Of a stretch of DNA of 16,619 nucleotides, positions 8,773 to 16,619 are shown piece after piece. Position numbers and translations under genes: made by a program. Source of the DNA: Octopus sinensis (Eukaryota); contig NW_021826109.1 of assembly GCF_006345805.1 (NCBI RefSeq), positions 1-16,619 on the forward strand, read 5' to 3'. Within the stretch, counting starts at the first letter, position 1. The number at the start of each line of letters is the position of its first letter. The notes below the pieces were generated by a model. That model did not search any database, was not told where the DNA came from, and worked only from the letters and a program-made list of their open reading frames with translations.

Positions 8773-9129
8773 TACGAGCAAAACGCCCTCCGTCCAATGG
8801 ACGGTGCTGAGTTGTCAAACATTTAAACCAAATTTTCTCAAAACAACTTGTCCGACCGTCCCATAGGCCTCTCTTTTGAGAAACACTGATTTAGCCTAAA
8901 TTTTTCTCGCGTACGCGTAGTATCGATCGCAACAGCTGATGCACTTGCGCGTACAAATACACGTTCCCATGGCTTTATCGATCGCATTCTCACCTGGAAT
9001 CGATTTTTGTAATTTTTTCAAGACTTATGCTCGACTTGGTACCGTCGGTATCTACATATCAAATTTGAGTGCAATCGGGTGGAGGATTCCCGAGATCCTA
9101 GAAGACACACACAGAGACAGAACGGATTT

Positions 9130-9135
<6 letters not shown>
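8773..9135 (+). mobile_element. Non-autonomous Helitron/Helentron-like element (Lep1/DINE-1-like architecture)
   Basis: Starts acgagcaaaacgccc with the subterminal hairpin CCGTCC-AAT-GGACGG (8790-8804). Ends caaatttgagtgcaatcggg...acacacagagacagaacggattttatata. CpG-rich, sits between TA tracts. Class assigned by architecture only. Confidence 0.55.
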
Positions 9136-9166
<31 letters not shown>

Positions 9167-9255
9167 ATAATAATAATGTGACAACAAAAGAATATATATA
9201 TGTGTGTGTGTGTATTTATGTATATGTGTGTGTGTGTGTGTGCGTGTGTGTGTAA
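9128..9255. repeat. (TA)n/(GT)n microsatellite
   Basis: Directly visible. Confidence 0.95.
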
Positions 9256-9432
9256 CTATAAAATGTAACTACATCTGGGTTATTGCCGATTTGTTCCCTC
9301 CGGTTTCCTTTCCTCTTTCTCTTGTTTCTGAAGAAGAGCTTTGCTCGAAACGTAAAACAACCTTTCTTTCCTTCCCTGAACGTCTTTCACCACCTCTTCG
9401 CGCTGTTTTTTCTTGTGTTTTTCTTTTTTTAA
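9255..9432 (+). mobile_element. Penelope-like pseudo-LTR fragment carrying a hammerhead
   Basis: Pyrimidine-rich island between microsatellites, TATAAAA at 9257-9263, intact hammerhead at 9322-9360. Boundaries are approximate. Confidence 0.6.
9322..9360 (+). ncRNA. Minimal type I hammerhead ribozyme, intact
   Basis: TTGTTT-CTGAAGA-A-GAGC-TTT-GCTC-GAAA-C-GTA-AAACAA. Perfect 6-bp stem I, 4-bp stem II, all core nucleotides present, GUA cleavage triplet, palindromic ACGT stem III. Confidence 0.9.
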
Positions 9433-9825
9433 TTAGTTATATATATATATATATAAAACCAAGTGCCTTTGCACACACACACACATACACACACACACAC
9501 ACACATATATGTGTATGTGTGTGTGCCTCTCCTTCCCGTTACTCAATCATCCCCTCACCTCTTCGCCCCCACCCCCTGTGGCTACTCTTCTGACGGAGGT
9601 ACATTTACTTTACATCATAGAAGAACCATTTTAGCTGCTTATAAACACAATAAAAACTTAAATTTGCGTTTCCGTGACCTGGTCTCCGAAACAGAACTAC
9701 TCTGACATTGATCGATGATCGCTACATTTCAAAGCTGCGGTGAAAAATGTATCAATGATTGGCTCGCAGTTGGGTGACGAAACTTCTGTGACCTCAGGAA
9801 GTAACTGAAAGTGGGAAATAATAAC

Positions 9826-9827
<2 letters not shown>

Positions 9828-9877
<50 letters not shown>

Positions 9878-9895
9878 GTGTGTTGTGTGTGGTAT
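9828..9895. repeat. (GT)n microsatellite
   Basis: Directly visible. Confidence 0.97.
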
Positions 9896-10061
9896 GTGTT
9901 TGCTTTTAATAGTTAAAGTAGCTCTTTTAATAATATTTATCATTAACGAATAGTGTTTCTTTTATCTTGCACGTGTATTTCTCGTTAGATATATTTTTTT
10001 GATACTCCATATTTAAATACTGTATTTCACAGCATATACACCGCAAGCAAAGAATTAATTT

Positions 10062-10118
10062 AGGTCTTATATATGAAGTCGGGCTTATATTACATGCCCG
10101 ACTTCATATATAAGACCT
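10062..10118. repeat. Perfect 23-bp inverted repeat with an 11-nt spacer
   Basis: AGGTCTTATATATGAAGTCGGGC-ttatattacat-GCCCGACTTCATATATAAGACCT. Confidence 0.97.
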
Positions 10119-10262
10119 GTGTCACGCTGAACCTCCCCGAGAACTATGTTAATGGTACACATGTCTGTAGAGTGCTCAGCTACTTGCACGTTAATTTCTT
10201 GAGCAGGCTGTTCCGTTCATCGGAACAACTGGAACCTTCGTCGTCGTAACCGCCGGAGTGCC
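10119..10262 (+). mobile_element. Probable SINE 3' part (recalled as the distal body of a family C-type octopus SINE)
   Basis: GC-richer block gtgtcacgctgaa...cgtcgtcgtaaccgccggagtgcc. No second copy in the window, so this rests on recognition only. Confidence 0.5.
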
Positions 10263-10290
10263 ACGATATATATATATATATATATACAAA

Positions 10291-10523
10291 AGGCGGTGAG
10301 CTAGCAGAAGCGTTAGCACGCCGGGCGAAATGCTTTGCGGCACTTCGTCTGCCGTTACGTTGTGAGTTCAAATTCCGCCGAGGTCGACTTTACCTTTCAT
10401 CCTTTCGGGATCGATAAATTAAGTACCAGTTACGCACTGGGGTCGATGTAATCGACATAATACCTATGTCTGTCCTTGTTTGTCTCCTCTATGTTTAGCC
10501 CCTTGTGGGTAATAGAGAAATAG
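10291..10523 (+). mobile_element. SINE family B, monomeric (head + monomer1)
   Basis: Head aggcggtgagctagcagaagcg, B-box GAGTTCAAATTCC (10364-10376), ends at gaaatag like 6111-6344. Confidence 0.93.
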
Positions 10524-10555
<32 letters not shown>

Positions 10556-10558
10556 TCG

Positions 10559-10760
10559 TGAGTGTGCTGAAAAGTTCTCGTATGTAGCATAAGTTTAGAG
10601 GAAACTTTAATGTTACTTCCACAAATGGAAGATAAAGTGGCGGTCGGGAAGTATGACGTCATCAGCCGGTGTTGCTGATACCGTTGGTCGTTTATACGTG
10701 AGTAAGCCGTTAAAAACTCTCGAGAAGTACTAGTCATGGCCTATCCTATGTAAACAAGGT
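10559..10760 (+). mobile_element. Possible mariner-like transposon end remnant
   Basis: gagtgtgctgaaaagttctc resembles mariner TIR starts (GAGGG..GCTGAAAAGTT). No partner TIR or transposase seen. Confidence 0.35.
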
Positions 10761-10958
10761 CATTACGTCGCTTGTTTAGCAGGGTAAACATAAATTATTC
10801 CAGGCATGGAGGTCAGACAGAGGTTTCAATTATTTCTAAACCCACACAAACACATAAAAAATATACCCAGGCATGCACATGGACTCAAAAGAGACATCCT
10901 CACACCCGAACTTACAAATTTACACTTACGCATATATACACATATATACACATACAAA

Positions 10959-10996
<38 letters not shown>

Positions 10997-11189
10997 CACA
11001 TGCTCGAATGCCAATATGCATAAACAGTGAAAACACCCCACACATACACACGCCTGCCATAAGTCTATAACCAAGAGACAGTTATGCATCTTAAAGTCGA
11101 TGGAAGAAGAGAAGTACTTCAATACTCTCGCGTATGTACTTGACTCTTGTGTCAAGTATATCGTGTGCTTACACACATACGTACTTACA

Positions 11190-11360
11190 TTAATAATTTA
11201 TATATATATTATATAATATATATATATATATACTTATATTAATATATATATCTATTACATATAATATATGTATATATTATATATATATATATTACATATA
11301 TATATATTATATATATATATTATATGTAATATATATATATATATATATATATATACTGAT
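11190..11360. repeat. (TA)n microsatellite
   Basis: Directly visible. Confidence 0.97.
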
Positions 11361-11541
11361 ACACACAAATGTTTATGCTTGTATGTATGTATAGTTGTGT
11401 TATAGTAAAGTAAGTTATAAAGTATATTAAAATTACATTTTACACTCAATGTGTTGAGTGGAGTGGATAGATATGCTTAATATATCAGAAGTTGACAGGC
11501 TACTCTGAGTTTCACCCCACCACCAGGTTGCGTTGTGTGTC

Positions 11542-11598
11542 TGTGTGTGCGTGCGTGCGTGCGTGTGTGTGTGTGTGTGCGCGCGCGCGTGTGCGCGT
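11542..11598. repeat. Alternating purine-pyrimidine (GT/GC)n tract
   Basis: About 57 nt of uninterrupted alternation including (GC)5; a Z-DNA-prone composition. Confidence 0.9.
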
Positions 11599-11640
11599 TT
11601 GTCTGAGGGTTTGTGTGTGAGCGTGACGAAGAATGTGTTG

Positions 11641-12018
11641 TTTTATTACTTAAGGCAGAAGGCCTGAAATTTTGGGGGAGGTGGGTAGTCGAATAGATCG
11701 ACCCCAGTAGGCAACTGGTACTTAATTTATCGACCCCGAAAGGATGAAAGGCAAAGTCGAACTCGACGGAATTTGAATTCAGAACGTAAAGACAGACGAA
11801 ATACCTATTTCTTTACTACCCACAAGGGACTAAACACAGAGAGGACAAACAAGGACAGACAAACGGATTAAGTCGATTATATCGACCCCAGTGGGTAACT
11901 GGCACTTATTTAATCGACCCCGAAAGGATGGAAGGCAAAGTCGGCCTCGGCGGAATTTGAACTCAGAACGTAGCGGCAGACGAAATACCACGAAGCATTT
12001 CACCCGGCGTGTTAACGT
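11641..12018 (-). mobile_element. SINE family B, dimer (head + monomer1 + monomer2), first ~17 nt missing
   Basis: Reverse complement aligns to 6135-6344 followed by 6531-6690. Unit period is 184 nt. Confidence 0.92.
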
Positions 12019-13491
12019 TCGCTTTCTTTCTCAATCAGCACCATGTCTGGTTTCACATTCTCTATCTCGTGGTCGCACTGAATCATAAAATCCCATAGGA
12101 TCTTTGCATCATCATTTTCGATGATTCCTTCGGGTTTATGTTTGTACCACTTTTTTGCTCTGTCAAGTCTATATTTGTTGCAAAGTGTCCCATGGATAAT
12201 CCTTGCTATATTGTCATGATGCCTCTTATATTCATTCTGGGCTGGTGGCGAACATTGACTGGTAATATGCCATACGGTTTCACCACTTTGTCCGCAAATT
12301 CTGCACTTACCACTTTCTGATGTGTTGTCTATTCTGTATTTTATGTGATTGGTTCTTAATGCTTGCTCTTGGGCAGCACAGACTAGAGCCTCCATTTCCA
12401 GTTTTAAATCACTTTTAGTCATCCACAGCCATCTTTTTTCTGTCTGTCTTATCTTCAACATCTCCATGTAATTGTCCATGCATTCTTTTCTTTATCCACC
12501 TATTTTCAGTTTCATTCGTTCTCAAGTCCTTGTACAGCGCTTTATCTTTGCAATCTTCCACTCTACACAAGTCTTACCTTACTTCTAATAATAACGGTTC
12601 TGTGGCATTTTTACATACCAAGCTATGTTGTTTTCTCCCGCTCTAATGCTGTGTTCGCATCCAATCAGTCCTCTTCCCCCTCTTTTTCTTAGTACATGCT
12701 GTCTGTCTGTGTCACTTTTTGGGTAGAGTATCCCATATATAGTCAATAACGTCCTTGTCTTTCTGTCTAAGCTGTTTAGTTCGTCTACTGTCCATGCGAT
12801 TATCCCTGTTCCACATCTAAGGAGTGAAACTGTCCACATGTTGATAGCTTCAATCTTATTCGGTCCGGTTAATTTCGACTTAAGGATCAGTTTCAGTCTT
12901 CAAGTGGTCCACCTTAAATTATTCTGTCATTTCTTTTTCCATCAATTTATTCATTTCCAATATCCCTAAATACTTATAGCCTCCCTCTTCTATCTGCTTC
13001 ATAACTTCCCCCGACGGTACCGCTAACTTTTCCATACATTTGATTTTGCCTCTCTTCAAGACTAACATACACTTTCTCAGTCCGAACGCCATTCTGATAT
13101 CAGCACTGAAAGTATACACTGTATCAATTTGGGCTTCATCTTTACCATAAATTTTGAGGTCATCCATGAATAACAAGTGGTTGACATATTGTGGGCGGCT
13201 CTGGAGTACATGCCCAGCCTTTGCTTTCCTCAGAATCAGTGTTAGTGGTATCATACACAGTACAAAGATCAGTGGGGACAGGCAGTCCCCTTGGAAGATG
13301 CCTCTCCTGATTTCTATTGTCCCTAAACTTCTTCCATAGGCTGTCAGTTCCCTCCTTCACTTCGTCATATTCTTTCCAATCAATAGCTCAGTATTCGATA
13401 CACTACAAAATAGGTTCATACATTCCATAATCCAAGAATGTGGTATCATATCGTACGCCCTACGATAATCAATTCATGACATAGTTAAGTT
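12018..13491 (-). mobile_element. R4/Dong-clade non-LTR retrotransposon fragment (RT, CCHC knuckle, start of RLE), pseudogenised
   Basis: IDYRRAYDMIPHSWI; IRRGIFQGDCLSPL; HLLFMDDLKIY (RT active site); YKYLGILE; CRICGQSGETVWHITSQC (CX2CX8HX4C); KILWDF..KPDMVLIEK. Several stops and frameshifts. Confidence 0.95.
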
Positions 13492-13793
13492 AGTTATCCT
13501 ATTCGAACCAGATCTCTGAGCCTGCCGGGTGCAACACTGTCACCATCAAAGGCTTCAGTTTCACTACAACCGTTATTCACAAAATTTTGTTTTTTCATTA
13601 TCACTCATATGAGGTAGCGATTATCAGGTTGCGCATTTACCAGTGTTTTTATTATGACACTATCACTAGATGTATCATCAGTTAGGACATGGAGAGATAC
13701 CAACCGCTTCCTTTCATTATCATTATTATCATCACTGTTATTATTTTCATTTGTTTACTATTTGTCATTGTTAATATTTCCTCTGATCCAACG

Positions 13794-13876
13794 TTATTTT
13801 ATCACGCGCTTTCACTGCACTAACGAGCGCAGCTCTGTATGCTTTGGGTATGTGCTGTGATTTGTTGTGATGCTCT
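13794..13876 (-). mobile_element. Dong-like LINE 3' UTR-only fragment
   Basis: Reverse complement matches 14599-14680; the first 31 nt are identical and the rest is similar. Confidence 0.92.
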
Positions 13877-13878
13877 TA

Positions 13879-13936
13879 TTTTTATTATTATTATTATCAT
13901 CATCATTATTATTATTATTATTATTATCATCATCAT

Positions 13937-14002
<66 letters not shown>
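13879..14002. repeat. (ATT)n switching to (AAT)n microsatellite
   Basis: Polarity switches near 13938. Confidence 0.97.
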
Positions 14003-14003
<1 letters not shown>

Positions 14004-14705
14004 TGAAAAGAAATATTACAAGTAACTGCAGAATATGTGGAGATGGACAAGAAACAATAAATCATATTATCTCTAGCTGCCCAGTCCTGGCTAAGAAGGA
14101 ATATATTCACAGACATGACAGAGTTGGAACCTACATACATTGGAAGCTATGCCAACATTATGGAATAACAACAGAAAAAAGATGGTATAGGCACACACCA
14201 GAAAAGGTCACAGAAAACGAGAAAGCAACCATACTCTGGGATATGCCGATACACACAGATAGAGAAATTAAGGCCAACAGACCAGATATAGTTGTCAGAG
14301 ATCATGAAGAAAAAAATGCTTTCTAATTGATGTATCAATACCGGCAGATGACAACGTGTCTCTAAAAGAAATGGAGAAACTCTCAAAATACAGACCTGGA
14401 AATAGAGGTAACTAGAATGTGGAACCTGAAAACAGAACACAATTCCTATCATAGTAGGTGCATAGGCATGATAAAAAAATATTCAGACAAATACATAACA
14501 AAAACACCAGGACTTACAAACACATATAACATACAGAAAATTGCACTACTAGGCACTGCACACATCCTACGCAGAACACTTTCCATACAATAACCATCAG
14601 AGCATCACAACAAATCACAGCACATACCCAGGCACACAGAGCTGCGCTCGGTAGTGAAGTGAAAGCACGCTATAAAAATAAAACTACTGAATAATAATAA
14701 TAATA
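14003..14705 (+). mobile_element. 5'-truncated young Dong/R4-type LINE (CCHC, RLE, 3' UTR, (AAT)n tail)
   Basis: CRICGDGQETINHIISSC; ILWDMPIHTDREIKANRPDIVV; after 1-2-nt indels CFLIDVSIPADDNVSLKEMEKLSKY, DLEIEVTRMW and IQKIALLGTAHILRRTLSIQ* (stop 14591-14593). AAT repeats on both sides. Confidence 0.95.
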
Positions 14706-14711
14706 ATTATT

Positions 14712-14742
<31 letters not shown>

Positions 14743-14751
14743 TTATTATTA

Positions 14752-14832
<81 letters not shown>
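14706..14832. repeat. (ATT)n microsatellite
   Basis: Directly visible. Confidence 0.97.
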
Positions 14833-15243
14833 CAGTTGTTTGACCATAACCAGTTGAGCACGTCCCTTAGTGGCTGACGATATGTGTATCTCTGATCATG
14901 AGCAGAAGTAGTTGGGAGCATCATAGTCATGTGTCGAGAGGATTTCTTTGGGGGTTTGAATGATTCACTCCTGGAAACATAGTGTTTCGTTCACATCCTT
15001 AAACAACCCTTATTTAGGGACCTTTTGAGCGGGATGGGCTACTCGACCAGAAGAAAATTCTAATTGGGTGTCACCTGCAAGGTCATGTGTTGTTTATCTG
15101 ATATGGGATCACCATGTCGCGCACATATGGTGATGATACATGTGCCTCGTGTACCCTTATCAGACGAGTAGTCATGATGGGTATACTGGACTTCGTATAT
15201 TTTACCCCAGTGTCACGTGATGGCATGCACTGCTCTCTCACTC

Positions 15244-15245
<2 letters not shown>
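14833..15245 (+). mobile_element. Non-coding interspersed repeat of unresolved class ending in ctctctcactc(AAT)n
   Basis: About 410-nt GC-richer island between ATT and AAT tracts. I recall it as a common octopus repeat. No second copy here, no Pol III boxes, no ORF. Confidence 0.5.
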
Positions 15246-15276
<31 letters not shown>

Positions 15277-15287
15277 AATAATAATAA

Positions 15288-15326
<39 letters not shown>

Positions 15327-15327
15327 C

Positions 15328-15380
<53 letters not shown>

Positions 15381-15388
15381 TAATAATA
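15245..15388. repeat. (AAT)n microsatellite
   Basis: Directly visible. Confidence 0.97.
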
Positions 15389-15533
15389 AAGTTCAAGTGA
15401 AAACTTAGTATATAGTACGTGCGTTTAGTTGGAAAATGTATAACACTCCCTAAATATAACAATATACATACAAACATGCATACATACATAGACACACACT
15501 CACTCACACACACACACACACACATGTATATAC

Positions 15534-16008
15534 ATGAGCTACAGGAAGTGAGTGAGAGAGCTACGACTCTACTCCCTGGAGCGAAGACGTGAAGGGTATG
15601 CAGGAATTTACGTATGGAAGGTCCTGAAGGGGCTGGCACCAAACATTTGTACCGTAAGCTATACCAGCCCCCGAACTGGACACCACTGCATTGTTCCAAA
15701 GCTCCCAGCTAATCCATTTAAAGTGAGGACCATGTACTGCAGTAGCTTGGGATTCAAGGGCCAACAGCTATTTAATGCCTTGCTAAAACATCTGAAAGAC
15801 CTTCACTGAGTAGGAGTAAATGTTTTCAAGGAACAACTTGACCTCCTGCTGTCTAAGGTCCCAATTAAACCTATATCGCGTCAAGAAACTCAAAAAAAAG
15901 GGTAGTAGTCACCAAAAGTCAATCGCATAAAAATGGCCATTGAAAAGGTGATTACACTGGCGGTGCCTCCAGCATGGCTACAGGTCTTGGGTTGAAATGT
16001 GTAAAAGA
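15534..16008 (+). mobile_element. CR1-like LINE 3' end (ORF2 C-terminus plus 3' tail), pseudogenised
   Basis: MSYRK*VRELRLYSLERRREGYAGIYVWKVLKGLAPN..RTGHHC..SLGFKGQQLFNAL..DLH*VGVNVFKEQLDLLLSKVP. Homologous to 1085-1150. Confidence 0.85.
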
Positions 16009-16076
<68 letters not shown>

Positions 16077-16085
16077 ATATATATT
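16009..16085. repeat. (TA)n(GT)n microsatellite
   Basis: Directly visible. Confidence 0.97.
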
Positions 16086-16327
16086 GGGTATGGTAGATGA
16101 GTTCAGCAAAAATTTAAATTCAGATAAATATGGTACTGAAGTTGAGGCACCAGAATTTAGTGCGATAGTATCCATACAATTTCAAAGTAAGGTGATGCTG
16201 AAGTAGAGACGACATGTTCTTTGTCTATCTCCTTAACTTCTTGGAGATTTTAGGTATAATTATACTAATGTGTCCATTTGTTCTAATTTAATTAAATTTT
16301 ATGTCTTTGTGCAGCTGAGGATTGCCC

Positions 16328-16536
16328 TGAGCGAAAGACCTAAGCTCCTAGAGGCTCCGGCAGAAGGTAATGGCGAACTTCTGCTGACTTTTCGCCACAA
16401 CTTTCTATCACTCTTTCCTCCTGCATCTTGCAGCTCACCTGCGCCGGACCGGCGTCCCGTCCAGGTGGGAAACCTATACGCCAAGGAAACCGGGAAACCG
16501 GCCCTTATGAGCCAGGTGTGGCTCGAGAAGGAACAG
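16328..16536 (+). mobile_element. SINE of a family C sister type, headless (body and 3' part)
   Basis: tgagcgaaagacctaagctcctagaggctccggcagaagg...ttttcgccacaactttct matches the reverse complement of 2045-2135. The distal cctgcgccggaccggcgtcccgtccagg resembles V-SINE-type domains (recalled, not verified). Confidence 0.85.
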
Positions 16537-16619
16537 ACCATTCCCATTCAGATTCACACTTATGGCAGCGGTCCTTCAGTTTTTCTAAGGTTGGACCTCC
16601 AGTCAGGCCTTTTGCGATA

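Noticed and set aside
9765-9805. ATTGG (reverse CCAAT) and CAGGAAGT promoter-like motifs
   Set aside because: Short motifs expected by chance, with no transcription start evidence.
11134-11161. 11-bp hairpin ATGTACTTGAC/GTCAAGTATAT
   Set aside because: Short, AT-rich, includes a G-T pair and has no supporting context; plausible by chance.
16090-16200. Non-repetitive peptide MVDEFSKNLNSDKYGTEVEAPEFSAIVSIQFQ followed by GTAAGG
   Set aside because: No acceptor with a pyrimidine tract and no recognisable homology.

Overview
Non-coding, AT-rich, repeat-dense eukaryotic DNA. Roughly a sixth to a fifth is microsatellite, and there is no recognisable host protein-coding gene; most listed ORFs are microsatellite translations or LINE debris. 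The SINE families and microsatellite style match what I recall from Octopus (coleoid cephalopod) genomes, which is recognition rather than a database result. Contents: about a dozen tRNA-derived SINE copies or fragments of three families (my labels A, B, C), four R4/Dong-type (RLE) LINE pieces, two CR1-like LINE pieces, a probable non-autonomous Helitron-like element, a foldback/MITE-like element and a possible mariner end. The most interesting signal is a set of minimal type I hammerhead ribozymes of the Penelope/retrozyme type. One is fully intact (9322-9360). One sits at the tip of a long RNA rod inside a 357-nt unit whose tail-to-head junction is captured in an adjacent inverted copy (1403-1896), implying a tandem or circular template. 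One or two more are degenerate. There is also a perfect 23-bp pre-miRNA-sized hairpin and a LINE/SINE shared 3' tail.
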